Part shown: piece by piece, positions 19,213 to 32,207 of the stretch
Layout: each line of letters opens with the position of its first letter
How positions within the stretch are numbered: the stretch's first letter is position 1
Source: an uncultured delta proteobacterium
GTDB taxonomy: Bacteria > Myxococcota_A > Polyangia > Fen-1088
DNA length: 64,000 bases
Reading direction: 5' to 3'
Assembly (NCBI GenBank): GCA_963755125.1
Contig: CAVWIP010000014.1
Location: forward strand, 1-64,000
Translations under genes and position numbers: made by a program
The notes under the pieces: generated by a model
Databases searched by the model: none
Told to the model about the DNA's origin: nothing
Seen by the model: the letters and a program-made list of their open reading frames with translations, nothing else

Positions 19213-19695
19213 ATGACAAAGTCGAATCTCGGTGCGCTCACAGTAGTGTTTGCCATGGCCGTGGCTGGCTGTGGTCACACGCGGTACCTGGCCGGAACGA
19301 CCATCCCTGCCACCGAGGACAACCTGGCCGTGGTCGAGACCATCGAGCAGTATCGAACCTTTCTCATCGAGAAGAACATTGATGGGCTGCTGCTGCTGGC
19401 GTCGAAGCACTACTTCGAGGACGGCGGCACGCCCCAGGCCAACGATGACTACGGCTACGACGCCTTGCGCGAGATCCTGACCAGCCGACTCGGGCGTGTG
19501 CAGTCGCTGCGCTACGACATCGAATACCAGCGGGTCACAGTGCGGGGCGATCAGGCCGAAGTCGATGCATTCCTGAACGGTGCGTTCGAGCTGCAAAGTG
19601 AGACCGGCGAACGTTACCGCCGTGTCAACGACCGCCACAGGTTCGTTCTCGAACGAACGCCCAACGGCAAGTGGCGCTTCGTGAACGGGATGTAG
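19213..19695 (+). CDS. Lipoprotein with NTF2-like fold
   Basis: Lipobox VAGC; pattern VETIEQYRTFLIEKNIDGLLLLAS..Y...WRFVNGM. Confidence 0.7.
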   Translation: MTKSNLGALTVVFAMAVAGCGHTRYLAGTTIPATEDNLAVVETIEQYRTFLIEKNIDGLLLLASKHYFEDGGTPQANDDYGYDALREILTSRLGRVQSLRYDIEYQRVTVRGDQAEVDAFLNGAFELQSETGERYRRVNDRHRFVLERTPNGKWRFVNGM

Positions 19696-19698
19696 AGG

Positions 19699-20826
19699 CT
19701 ACAGCCTGTACACCAGCAGGCGCGCTTCGAGCGGGCCGTTCCAAAGACGGTGGGAGATCTCGTGCTTGCGCCGGATGGCGTGCGCGAGCAGCGGGTTGCC
19801 GCACAGGATGACCGCGCGCCACCCATGCATCCGGTCCAGGGCGCGGACGATGGAGGCGTAGAGCTGGTCCAGCGGTTGTTCGGGTGCCGGACCGGGCAGC
19901 CGCTCGCCGTAGGGTGGGTTCAAACAGATGGTCCCGGGCGGCTCGCGCGACGCGAGTGTCGCCACATCGGCGACCTCGAACACGATATCCGCGTCCACCC
20001 CGGCGGCTCGGGCATTTCGGCGCGCCGACTGGATCGCCGACGTTGAGACATCGCGGGCCAGAATGGGGCAGGGGGCCCTGGCCAATCGGGCGTCTTGCGC
20101 TGCTCGTTTGAGTCGGGCGAAAACCGGGAGATGGCTCTGGTCGGCCCATCGTTCAAAGCCGAAGACACGACGAAGGCCCGGGGCGATGTTTCGGCTGGCG
20201 AGCGCGTGCTCGATGGCCAGCGTCCCCGTGCCTGTCATGGGATCGACAAAGGGCTGCTCCGCGCGTACGCCGCCCAGGGCGAGCACCGCCGCGGCCAGGG
20301 ATTCCTTGAGAGGTGCGTCGGCCATGGCCACCCGGTAGCCGCGTCGATGGAGCGGCTCGCCGGCCAGATCCACGAAAAGGCGTGCGTCGCTTCCGCGTAG
20401 GTGCAGGACGAGGGACACGTCGGGGTTCTTCACGTCCACGTTGGGGCGGTGGCCCGTGCGATCGCGGAGTGCATCGACCACGGCGTCCTTCACCTTCAAC
20501 GCGGCGAAACCCGAGTGGTGCAGTTCGGGATTCTCATGCGTGGTTGCCGTGACGGCCAGGGTGGTCTTGCTGCCAAGAAAGCGGCTGAAGTCCGCTGTGC
20601 GCGTGCCGGCGTAGAGGGTGTCGGCGTCAGAAGCGGGAAAGCTGCCTACCTCGACAAGGACACGCATGGCCACGCGCGACCAGAGGCACACCTTCATCCC
20701 GTCTTCCAGGGTGCCGTCGAAGGAAACGCCGCCGGTGGCGCCGCGGGGCGCGTGGATGCGCTGGACCACCAGTTCGCGACGGAGTGCACCCTCGGTGCCC
20801 CGCGCGCAGGTCACGAAGAATCTCAT
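19699..20826 (-). CDS. THUMP-domain RNA methyltransferase (RlmL-like)
   Basis: FFVTCARGTEGAL, THUMP region, GEPLHRRGYR, APLKESLAAA, DPMTGTGT, NPPYGER. Confidence 0.9.
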   Translation of the reverse strand: MRFFVTCARGTEGALRRELVVQRIHAPRGATGGVSFDGTLEDGMKVCLWSRVAMRVLVEVGSFPASDADTLYAGTRTADFSRFLGSKTTLAVTATTHENPELHHSGFAALKVKDAVVDALRDRTGHRPNVDVKNPDVSLVLHLRGSDARLFVDLAGEPLHRRGYRVAMADAPLKESLAAAVLALGGVRAEQPFVDPMTGTGTLAIEHALASRNIAPGLRRVFGFERWADQSHLPVFARLKRAAQDARLARAPCPILARDVSTSAIQSARRNARAAGVDADIVFEVADVATLASREPPGTICLNPPYGERLPGPAPEQPLDQLYASIVRALDRMHGWRAVILCGNPLLAHAIRRKHEISHRLWNGPLEARLLVYRL

Positions 20827-20916
20827 CGCCCGTGGACCTACCAGGTGCTAGCGCGGCCGTCGAGAACAGGTTTGCGAAGTCTCAAGACTGGAACTGATCA
20901 GCCCGGGCGGCGCCCG

Positions 20917-21330
20917 CTACTTCACCCGATTCGCAGCATCGACCCTTGCCGCCGCCCAGGCCCGCTTACTCAGCAGAGCCTTCACTTCGGCGGCGGTCTC
21001 CGCCTTGGTCTTGGCCAGTTCCGCGTCGACGGCGGCCAGTTCCTGCGCTGCCGCCTCGCGATCGATGTCGCGCGCGGGCTCGCCCCGATCGACCAGCACG
21101 GCGATCTTGTCGCTCTCCCCACTGCGCGCCACCTGCAGCACGCCGTCGCCCACTGCAAAAAAGCGCGGGCCCTCCTTGGTCCGGTAGAAGAGCACGCCGG
21201 GCTTCAGGGCCGTCATGAAGGGCACGTGGCCAGGCAGCACGCCGAATTCTCCCAGGGCGCCGGGCGCGGCGATCTCGTCCACTTCGATCTGGACCAGGGC
21301 GCCGCGTGGGGTAGTGACGGTCAGTTGCAT
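20917..21330 (-). CDS. atpC: ATP synthase F1 epsilon subunit
   Basis: LTVTTP, PGALGEFGVLPGHVPFMTALKPG; last gene of the atp cluster. Confidence 0.95.
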   Translation of the reverse strand: MQLTVTTPRGALVQIEVDEIAAPGALGEFGVLPGHVPFMTALKPGVLFYRTKEGPRFFAVGDGVLQVARSGESDKIAVLVDRGEPARDIDREAAAQELAAVDAELAKTKAETAAEVKALLSKRAWAAARVDAANRVK

Positions 21331-21337
21331 GGCCTTT

Positions 21338-22810
<1,473 letters not shown>

Positions 22811-23677
22811 TCAGCCTTTGAGCGCCTCGGCGCCGCCCACGATCTCCATCAGTTCCTTGGTGATGGCCGCCTGGCGGGCGCGGTTGTACTGTAGGGTCAA
22901 TCGGTCGATCATCTCGGTAGCGTTTTTGGTGGCGTTTTCCATCGCGGTTCGGCGCGCGCCGAATTCCGAGGCGATCGATTCGAGCAAAGCGGCGTGAATC
23001 TGCATCTCGACGTACAGAGGCAAAATCCAGTCGAGGATTTCGGGCTTGCTCGGCTCGTAGAGAAAATCCTGTCCCCCGCGGCCGGCTGCGCTGGGCGCCA
23101 CAGGCAAAAGGGGCTCGACAGTGGTCTTCTGCGAGACGATGGACCGGAACTGGTTGAAGACGAGGACAACGCTGTCCACACGGCTGCTCAAGAAATCGTC
23201 GGTGAGCGTGGCGGCCAAGTCCTTGGCGCTTTGGACGGCGGTGTTGCCGCTGGCCCCGGGCAGGTCGCGCTGCATGGGAAGCTTGCGCCGGCGGAAGTAG
23301 TCGCGGCCCTTGCGGCCCACCACCAGATAGGTCACCTCGTCGGCCTCGCCAGCCTGGAGCTTGTCCTTGCCCCAGCGCTGGGCTGCACGACAGACGTTGC
23401 TGTTGAACCCGCCGCACAGGCCGCGATCTGAGGTGACGACCACCATCGCAATCCGGCGCACGTCTCGTTGCTGCAACAAGGGGTGCGATTCTCCGCCGGC
23501 GCGCACCGCCACCTCGGCGGTGACCTCGGCCAGTGACCGCGCATAGGGCCGCGCGGCCACGATCGCGTCCTGCGCCCGGCGCAGCTTGGCCGCCGCCACC
23601 AGCTTCATGGCGCTGGTGATCTTCTGCGTCGACTTGACCGACGCGATGCGGGTGCGGACGGCTTTCAGCGATGGCAT
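22811..23677 (-). CDS. atpG: ATP synthase F1 gamma subunit
   Basis: STQKITSAMKLVAAAK, SDRGLCGGFN, NRARQAAITKEL. Confidence 0.98.
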   Translation of the reverse strand: MPSLKAVRTRIASVKSTQKITSAMKLVAAAKLRRAQDAIVAARPYARSLAEVTAEVAVRAGGESHPLLQQRDVRRIAMVVVTSDRGLCGGFNSNVCRAAQRWGKDKLQAGEADEVTYLVVGRKGRDYFRRRKLPMQRDLPGASGNTAVQSAKDLAATLTDDFLSSRVDSVVLVFNQFRSIVSQKTTVEPLLPVAPSAAGRGGQDFLYEPSKPEILDWILPLYVEMQIHAALLESIASEFGARRTAMENATKNATEMIDRLTLQYNRARQAAITKELMEIVGGAEALKG

Positions 23678-23688
23678 TGGAAGATGAA

Positions 23689-25224
<1,536 letters not shown>

Positions 25225-25246
25225 GGTCTTTCCTTGCGGCTTTGGG

Positions 25247-25792
25247 TCAGTTGAGAATCTTGCTGCGTAGAGCGCCCAGGCGCGCACTCAGGCTGCCGTC
25301 CAGCACCAGTCCGGCCACCTGCGCGACGATACCGCCGAGAAGCGTAGGGTCTACCTCGGTGGTCATGATCACGCTGCGGCCCGTGCGTCGCTCAAGGGCC
25401 CGTCGGATTTCATCTTCCGTGGCGCCATCAAGCGGCCGCGCCGAGCGCACCGTAGCGCGTGCGCGTCCCAGCTTGTCGTCGCACATCTCCTGGTAGGCGC
25501 GGGCGATAGCGGGCAAGGCCGCGATGCGGCCGCGTTCCAGCAGCAGCAGCGCCAGGCTTTGCACCTCGCGCGTGGGCGCCACCCGGGGGAGCAGCCCCTG
25601 CAGGATGGCGCGTCTTTGCGACGGCTTGAAGATGGGATTGGACAGCGACTGGCGGATATCGGTCGCCTGGTTCCACAGGGCGGCGAGCGCGTCCAGTTCG
25701 CCGCCCAGGGCCTCGAAATTGCGCTTGTCGACACCGATGGCGAAAAGCGCGCGTGCGTAGCGGCGGGCAATCGATCCGGCCAGGGCGGCCAT
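25247..25792 (-). CDS. atpH: ATP synthase F1 delta subunit
   Basis: [18 protein letters not shown]...LDGS. Confidence 0.96.
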   Translation of the reverse strand: MAALAGSIARRYARALFAIGVDKRNFEALGGELDALAALWNQATDIRQSLSNPIFKPSQRRAILQGLLPRVAPTREVQSLALLLLERGRIAALPAIARAYQEMCDDKLGRARATVRSARPLDGATEDEIRRALERRTGRSVIMTTEVDPTLLGGIVAQVAGLVLDGSLSARLGALRSKILN

Positions 25793-26490
25793 CAGCGCAC
25801 CCCTTCTGCCGGCGCTCCCGCGCCTGCGGCAAAGTCCTGGGCCAGGCGGCGCTCGTCGTCCGCGCTCACCGAGCGCTTGAGCAGCTCGTCCGCGACTTTG
25901 ACCGCGGTGCTGGCAACTTCCGCGCGCAGACGGATCTCGGCTTCCTTGACCTGCTGGTCGAGCTGGAAGCGCGTCTCGTCCTGGATGCGCTTGGCCTTCT
26001 CCTCGGCTCCTGCCAACAGGCGAGCCCGCTCGCGCTCACCTTCTTCCTTCACGGCTGCGCGCAGGGCGGCCAGTTCCCGCTCAAGATTGGCCAGGCGCGC
26101 GTCCTGCTCGCGGAAACGCTGCTCGGCCTGCGCGCGTTGGCCAGCGGCTGACTCGATGTCGGTCTTGAGTTGATCGTGCCGACTGCGGAAAGCCTTGCTC
26201 AGGGCGCGGCCGCCGAACCAGATGAGGATGAAGAGCAGCACGCCGAGGTTGAGAAGCTGGAGCGCCAGCGTCTTGGCGTCGACGCCGGCATGCTCGCCCT
26301 GCTCTCCGTGGCCGGTGCCGTGTTCAGCAGCCGGCTCGCCCGTCGCGGGCGCGACACCTGTCTGCGATGGCTCGTGGTCGAACGACCCGGACACGGGCTC
26401 GGTCAGGATTGGGTGATCTTCAGCACGGACAGCCCCAGCGCTCACGACGAGCAGGGCTGCCAGCGGCAGGAAAATCCAAGAGCGCGTCAC
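25792..26490 (-). CDS. atpF: ATP synthase F0 b subunit with N-terminal extension
   Basis: LALQLLNLGVLLFILIWFG TM segment followed by a coiled coil; GTG start overlaps the b' stop. Confidence 0.88.
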   Translation of the reverse strand: MTRSWIFLPLAALLVVSAGAVRAEDHPILTEPVSGSFDHEPSQTGVAPATGEPAAEHGTGHGEQGEHAGVDAKTLALQLLNLGVLLFILIWFGGRALSKAFRSRHDQLKTDIESAAGQRAQAEQRFREQDARLANLERELAALRAAVKEEGERERARLLAGAEEKAKRIQDETRFQLDQQVKEAEIRLRAEVASTAVKVADELLKRSVSADDERRLAQDFAAGAGAPAEGVR

Positions 26491-26990
26491 GACGCCAGCC
26501 TCCGGCCTAGGGCCTTTTCCGCGATCTCGCGTCCCAGGGTGGCTGTACTGTCCTTCAGCCTGGCCCGCTCGGCGGCCAAGGTCGCCTCCAGCTTGGTCCG
26601 CGCTTCGGCCAGCATCTTGTGGGCGGTGGCTTGCGCTTCCGTCACAATCTCCTGCTCGCGCGCCAGCGCCTGCGTCCGCACCTGGGCGCGCTCGGCATGG
26701 GCAGCCTTGCGTGCCTCGGCCAACTGGGCCTCGATGCGCGCCAGGCGGCCCGCGCTGTCTGCCTCCAGTCGCTCGGCCTCCGCGTGCGCGCCTTCGACCC
26801 GGCGCACGCGCTCCTCGCGCACACGCAGATACGGCTTCCACAGCCACTGGGTCAAGATGAACGCCAGCAGCAAGAACAGCCCCAGCATCACGAACACCGT
26901 GCTGTCGATGTCGAGGAGTTGTTGTTCCCCGGCCTGCGGCACGCTGCCCAGGTTGGGAGTCGCTTCGAGAAGACAGCGAAGGGTCGTCAC
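26487..26990 (-). CDS. ATP synthase F0 b' subunit
   Basis: IDSTVFVMLGLFLLLAFILTQWLWKPYLRVREER followed by a coiled coil. Confidence 0.88.
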   Translation of the reverse strand: MTTLRCLLEATPNLGSVPQAGEQQLLDIDSTVFVMLGLFLLLAFILTQWLWKPYLRVREERVRRVEGAHAEAERLEADSAGRLARIEAQLAEARKAAHAERAQVRTQALAREQEIVTEAQATAHKMLAEARTKLEATLAAERARLKDSTATLGREIAEKALGRRLAS

Positions 26991-27011
26991 GGCTGCTCGG
27001 GGCTCTGCCGG

Positions 27012-27461
27012 CTAGCTGCTGGGAGGAGCGGGTGGGGGGCTGCCTCCCCCCTTGCTGCCCTTGCTGGGTCGATGCGGCGGCTCGGGCGCCGGGCCACCCG
27101 GCTCCATCTGGCACTGGCCGTCGAACAGGACGCCCTTTTCGACGAAGAGCGACGGGGTGTTGATGTTGCCGCGCACCCGGCCCGGGGTGTGAATCTCGAC
27201 ACCCCGCTTGGCCACGATGTTGCCGCGCACCGTGCCCTGGATCACGATGGAGCCGACCGATATCTCGGCGTTGACTTCTGCGCCCTCGCCGACGATGAGC
27301 ACGTCCTCGGTGAAGATCTCGCCGGACAGCTTGCCGTCCACGCGGACGGTGCCTTCGAAGGACAGTTTCCCTTCGAATTCGCTGCCTCGGCCAAGAAGCG
27401 TGGTGACCTGCTGGGTGGCGCTGGCCTCGCCAGTCGTGGGCGTTTGGGGGATCGAAGCCAT
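27012..27461 (-). CDS. Bactofilin (polymer-forming cytoskeletal protein)
   Basis: TLLGRGSEFEGKLSFEGTVRVDG...G.VRGNI...EKGVLFDGQCQM beta-helix. Confidence 0.93.
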   Translation of the reverse strand: MASIPQTPTTGEASATQQVTTLLGRGSEFEGKLSFEGTVRVDGKLSGEIFTEDVLIVGEGAEVNAEISVGSIVIQGTVRGNIVAKRGVEIHTPGRVRGNINTPSLFVEKGVLFDGQCQMEPGGPAPEPPHRPSKGSKGGGSPPPAPPSS

Positions 27462-28024
27462 GACTCCGGGGCGGAACCCTACAACCCCAGGCCATCGGCA
27501 GTCAAACGCGATCCGGTGGCTTCTGGAATTCGGAGCAGGAGGTCGTGACGGGGACGGAGATGGGGATGGAGCCTCGGGGCGGAGGCACCCTCAAGTTGAA
27601 GTTCAGCGTTTCGGGTGGGCTTCTCCTTCCAGGCGGTCCCTCATGGGCCGTCCGGCCAGGCGACGGCCGGCGAGGCGAGTTGGGCGTGGACACGAATCGT
27701 TCGATGCCGTCGCGCAGGTGCGAGGATCCTGGATGACGGTGATGAGGTCGGCCTTGGTCATGATCCCGGCTTGGCTTCTACACCTTCCCGCGGTCTTCAC
27801 AAGGTCACCGGTATCGGCGCCACCGACCTTGAGCTACTTTGCCTTTCATCGATTGGATTTCGAGCAAACGACATCACCGGCTCACGGGGTAGCGCCCCCG
27901 CAGTTCGCGAAAAAACAGGACGACCTCGCGCATGACTCTTCTCCGACTCCCGTTCGCGAGTGGTAGGATGTCACCCACGACGGCGGCCGTAGTCGGTGGG
28001 GTCAGTCGTCGAATCGGAGGCCGG

Positions 28025-29953
28025 ATGGACGACCGCAGCTTCATGCCCAACCTGCAGATCGACGCCGAGAGGCTTCTGGCTTCGCTCTTTCGCCACATGG
28101 CCGAGGGGGTGGCTCTGCACGAACTCGTGTGCGACGCCTCCGGCAAGCCGGTCGACTACCGCATCCTCGCGGTCAATCCGCCGTATCAAGGGTGCACGGG
28201 CCTCCCGCCGGAGCAAGTCGTCGGCAGGCTAGCCACCGAAGCTTATGGCACGTCCGAGGCTCCCTACCTTGCCGAGTTCTCCGCCGTGGCCCTGTCTGGC
28301 CGGGCGTCCAGGCTGGACGTCTACACCCCGCCGGTGGACCGTCACTTCGTTATCAGCATCGTACCGCTCGGTCCGGGCCTCTTCGCCACCATCTTTTTCG
28401 ACGTCTCGGAACAGAAGCGCCACGAACTGGCCCTGCGCAAGAACGAGGAACGCTTCCGCAAGGTCTTCAATTTCGCGCCCGATCCGCTCACCATCTCCAC
28501 GCCCGATGGCCGACTGTTGAACTGCAACGAGGCATTCTGCAAGGTTGCGGGCCTCTCGGAGGCCGAACTCGTGGGACGTACCACAGCGGATATCGGATTG
28601 TGGATCGACAAAGAACAGCGTGAAGTCATGTACGCCGAGCTTGCACAGATGGGAGAGGTCGACGGCGTCGAGGCACAGATGAAGCGCAAGGATGGCAACG
28701 CGCGCCTCATACGGCTCTCGGCGCGCAGGGTGGAGATCGGCGGGCAGGCGTTCTTCCTCTCGGCAGCCCGGGACGTCACCGAGAGGCGCAACCTGGAGCA
28801 GCAGGTCCTGCACACCCAGAAGCTGGAAAGTCTGGGCGTGCTCGCGGGCGGCATCGCGCACGACTTCAACAACCTGCTGACCGGCATCCTGGGCAACGCC
28901 GATCTGGCGCTGGCCGAACTGTCGCCGGTCGCGCCGGCGCGCGAGAGCCTGGAAGCCATCGAGACCGCGGCCCGGCGTGCGGCGGAGCTGTGCCGCCAGC
29001 TCCTCGCCTACAGCGGCAAGGGCCGCTTCCTGGTGCAGCCACTCGACCTTCAGGAACTGGTGCAGGAGATGGGACACCTGCTGTCAGTCAGCATCAGCAA
29101 GAAGGTCGTGCTCAAGTACGACTTCGCCAAGGACCTGCCCGCAATCGAGGCCGACGCCACTCAGATGCGGCAGACCATCATGAACCTCATCCTCAACGCC
29201 TCGGAAGCCATAGGTGATCGCAGCGGCGTCATTTCCGTGACGACAGGCCTAGCCTATTGCGACGCCGCCTATCTCAAGACCTGCTTTGCCGCTGACGCCA
29301 TCCAGCCCGGCGATTTCGTCTATCTCGAAGTGGCGGATACCGGGCACGGCATGGATAAGGCAACCCAGGATCGCATCTTCGATCCTTTTTTCACCACAAA
29401 GTTCACCGGCCGCGGCTTGGGCCTGGCCGCGGTACTGGGCATCGTGCGCGGCCACAAGGGTGCCATCAAGGTCCGCAGTGAGGTCGGCCGCGGGACAACC
29501 TTCAGATTGCTCTTCCCGGCTGCTGAAGCCAAGGCGCGGGCGGGTGCGAGCGCAGCAAGCAGCACCCGAGCATGGAAAGGTCATGGCCAGATCCTCGTGG
29601 TCGACGACGAGGAGACCGTACGCAACCTGACCCGGCGCATGCTCGAGCGGACAGGATTCACCGTCCTCAGTGCCGAGGACGGCCACCAGGCGGTCGAGAT
29701 TTTCAAGCAGGTCATGGCCGTGGTGGATTTGGTCATTCTCGATCTCACCATGCCCCATCTCGATGGTGAGGCGTGCTTTCGCGAGCTGCGCCTGATGAAG
29801 CCGGAGGTTAAGGTAATCCTCAGCTCGGGTTACAACGAACAAGACGTTGTCAACCTATTCGCCGGCGAGGGTCTGGCGGGCTTCATCCAGAAGCCGTACA
29901 CAAGTGACGAGTTAATTACCAAAGTGCGTGACGTGCTTGTTGGCCAGCCGTAG
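28025..29953 (+). CDS. PAS-PAS hybrid sensor histidine kinase with C-terminal receiver
   Basis: GGIAHDFNNLL H-box, NLILNASEA, DTGHGM, FFTTKFTGRGLGL, receiver DLVILDLTMP. Confidence 0.93.
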   Translation: MDDRSFMPNLQIDAERLLASLFRHMAEGVALHELVCDASGKPVDYRILAVNPPYQGCTGLPPEQVVGRLATEAYGTSEAPYLAEFSAVALSGRASRLDVYTPPVDRHFVISIVPLGPGLFATIFFDVSEQKRHELALRKNEERFRKVFNFAPDPLTISTPDGRLLNCNEAFCKVAGLSEAELVGRTTADIGLWIDKEQREVMYAELAQMGEVDGVEAQMKRKDGNARLIRLSARRVEIGGQAFFLSAARDVTERRNLEQQVLHTQKLESLGVLAGGIAHDFNNLLTGILGNADLALAELSPVAPARESLEAIETAARRAAELCRQLLAYSGKGRFLVQPLDLQELVQEMGHLLSVSISKKVVLKYDFAKDLPAIEADATQMRQTIMNLILNASEAIGDRSGVISVTTGLAYCDAAYLKTCFAADAIQPGDFVYLEVADTGHGMDKATQDRIFDPFFTTKFTGRGLGLAAVLGIVRGHKGAIKVRSEVGRGTTFRLLFPAAEAKARAGASAASSTRAWKGHGQILVVDDEETVRNLTRRMLERTGFTVLSAEDGHQAVEIFKQVMAVVDLVILDLTMPHLDGEACFRELRLMKPEVKVILSSGYNEQDVVNLFAGEGLAGFIQKPYTSDELITKVRDVLVGQP

Positions 29954-30149
29954 CGGGAACTGTCTACAAGGTGCTACAGAGCAGCCGGCACGCGTGGCCG
30001 CGATGACGAGGTTCTGTAGCCAACTCGGCACCAAGCAAAGAACGCCCGCGTGTTTGTCCCTGATGCAGCTGTGGCTCTTCGGCTCGCAGGGTTGTTGGGG
30101 TCCATTCGTACAACTCCGCGCTCGCGAGCGACTCCTCGCACGCGACAGC

Positions 30150-30320
30150 GCCGACAGAGGGGGGCAGATGACAGGAGTGCCTCCGCCTGAGATGAGTACG
30201 TTCCCGTTGGTCAACAACGTCCTGCGCCGTGCCAGCCCGGCTGCTACGGACAACTTGGCCGGAAATCCTGCGTCACAGGCGTTCTGGATCGAGTAGCCCT
30301 CAGTTTCCGCACCGGCCGCA
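30150..30320 (-). pseudogene. Frameshifted kelch-repeat fragment
   Basis: AETEGY...(R.WHGA in an adjacent frame)...TLLTNGNVLISGG resembles the kelch motif RxxHTATLLxNGxVLIxGG; no intact ORF. Confidence 0.4.
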
Positions 30321-30460
30321 CGATAGGTAGACCCTGGACAGGATTCGATGTTGCCGTGATGGCCCCCACGGGAGAGTTCTCTGAGGCCGCAAATCCCTTT
30401 CAATCCGCCCAAGCACCCTGCGACCAGAGGACTCCCAAATGCCACGAGCCGCAGTTGGGC

Positions 30461-31339
30461 TCACTTACAAGTGCCAAAGAAGATGTCGTCGACGACCAGA
30501 TCGTTTGTCGCGGCAGTGAGATTCGTGTCAACGATCGTGATGGTCGCCATGGTGCTCGTCGACCCCGACGACCACGTGGCCGTGTATTTCGTCCACGTGC
30601 CCCCCGGGGATGCGGCGGTAAGCAAGCTGCCGACGGGGATCGAGTTTACGTATGCTTGAAGAGTCGGCAGTGATATGCAATCCGCCTCCAGGCAAGCCAT
30701 CCAAAATGACAAGGTATACGTTGTTTGGAGCTGCACGGGAATTGTCTGCGTCCACATCGAGGCGTTCGCGTTCGGAGAAGCGTTGACGATCAGCATGTTG
30801 CTGTGGCCGCCCGTGGGATCGCTAATCGCCAACCAGTCGCCCCACACGTTGACCTGACTAGGGTCCGGCCAAACGGTGTACTCCCCTTCGGCGTTTATCA
30901 GGCTGGGAGGGGCCACGTAAGTGTAGTCGGTCGAGAAGCCGACGTTGCCCATCGCAAAGTCACCGTTGACGACTAGCGACGAGCAGTCTGCACCATCACC
31001 TTCCGTCGCGTCGGCGGTCGGTGGCGGTGGGGGCGGTGGCTTCACGCCTGCTCCAGCTCGATCACCTTCGGCCGCGTCGGCGGAGCCGTTGACAGCTCCC
31101 GCATCCGCCGCGGAATCGAGATCTTTGCCAGACCCATCAAGACGATGAGCATCGCCAGGACCACGAACGTGTAGGGGCGCCGAAGGAGTTGAACGATCCC
31201 ACGTGCCGCGCCTCCCAGTCCGCTGAGAGCGCGCCAGTTTGTTGGATGGTCGAAACGGTGGCCCAGTATGACTCCGGCAGGTGCCAGTGCCGCTGGTGGC
31301 GACAGTGATGGTGCCAGTGGTTGCCACTGAATGGGCCAC
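30461..31339 (-). CDS. Hypothetical protein with C-terminal carbohydrate-binding-like beta-sandwich; 5' part probably degraded
   Basis: C-terminal LVVNGDF..GNVGFSTDYTY...MLIVNAS...W.QTI.V...YTLSFW...DDIFF is protein-like. N-terminus lacks a signal peptide and looks out of frame. Confidence 0.5.
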   Translation of the reverse strand: MAHSVATTGTITVATSGTGTCRSHTGPPFRPSNKLARSQRTGRRGTWDRSTPSAPLHVRGPGDAHRLDGSGKDLDSAADAGAVNGSADAAEGDRAGAGVKPPPPPPPTADATEGDGADCSSLVVNGDFAMGNVGFSTDYTYVAPPSLINAEGEYTVWPDPSQVNVWGDWLAISDPTGGHSNMLIVNASPNANASMWTQTIPVQLQTTYTLSFWMACLEADCISLPTLQAYVNSIPVGSLLTAASPGGTWTKYTATWSSGSTSTMATITIVDTNLTAATNDLVVDDIFFGTCK

Positions 31340-31354
31340 TGGGTAGGTCCGAAT

Positions 31355-32155
31355 CTATTTCACGTCGTTTTCCCCCGCCACATACCCGAAGTTGGCGAGG
31401 ATCCCGCCGTCCACGTACACCACCTGGCCGTTGATGTAGTCGCCGGCCTTGGAGGCGAGGAGCAGCGCCGCTCCTACCAGATCCTCGGGCTCGCCCCAGC
31501 GGCCCGCCGGTGTGCGTGTCATGATCAGGTTGTTGAAGGGATGGCCGTTCACGCGAATGGCTTCGGTCTGCGTGGTCGCGATGTACCCCGGCCCGATGCC
31601 GTTGACCTGGATGTTGTACTTGGCCCACTCGCAGCACATGTTCTGGGTGAGCAGCTTCAGGCCACCCTTGGCCGAGGCGTAGGCGCTGACCGAGTTGCGG
31701 CCGTACACGCTCATCATCGAGCACATGTTGATGATCTTGCCGGCGCGGCGTTTGATCATGGACGGGGCCACCCGGCGCGAGATGATGAAGGGCGCGACCA
31801 GGTCGATGTCGATCACGTCCTTGTATTCCTGGACCTTCATGTCGAGGATCGGGATGCGCTTGATGATTCCCGCATTGTTGACCAGGATGTCGATCGGTCC
31901 GACCTCGCGTTCGATCTGGCCGATGCCCCGATCCACGTCCTCTTCCTCGGTGACGTCGAAAACGAGGGTATAGGCGTCGATGCCGTTCTTCTTGTATTCC
32001 TTCTTGGCCGCTTCCAGCTTGTCCGCAAAGATGTCGTTCACGCAGATCTTGGCTCCCGCCTTGGCCATGCCCGTGGCGATGGCCATGCCGATGCCGTGGG
32101 TTCCGCCGGTGACCAGCGCGATCTTGTTCTTGAGACTAAACAATTCGGTCGACAT
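31355..32155 (-). CDS. SDR oxidoreductase, gluconate 5-dehydrogenase/KduD-like
   Basis: TGGTHGIG, NNAGI, YASAKGG, NGIGPGYIAT, RTPAGRWG; GAGGAG RBS. Confidence 0.9.
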   Translation of the reverse strand: MSTELFSLKNKIALVTGGTHGIGMAIATGMAKAGAKICVNDIFADKLEAAKKEYKKNGIDAYTLVFDVTEEEDVDRGIGQIEREVGPIDILVNNAGIIKRIPILDMKVQEYKDVIDIDLVAPFIISRRVAPSMIKRRAGKIINMCSMMSVYGRNSVSAYASAKGGLKLLTQNMCCEWAKYNIQVNGIGPGYIATTQTEAIRVNGHPFNNLIMTRTPAGRWGEPEDLVGAALLLASKAGDYINGQVVYVDGGILANFGYVAGENDVK

Positions 32156-32207
32156 AGCGATTTCTCCTCGTCATAAGGGTTTTGATTTTTTGCGAGGATA
32201 GCACCTT

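Noticed and set aside
25792..27495. 567-aa ORF as one giant ATP synthase b subunit
   Set aside because: The upstream part overlaps the b' and bactofilin genes in another frame. The plausible start is GTG 26490.
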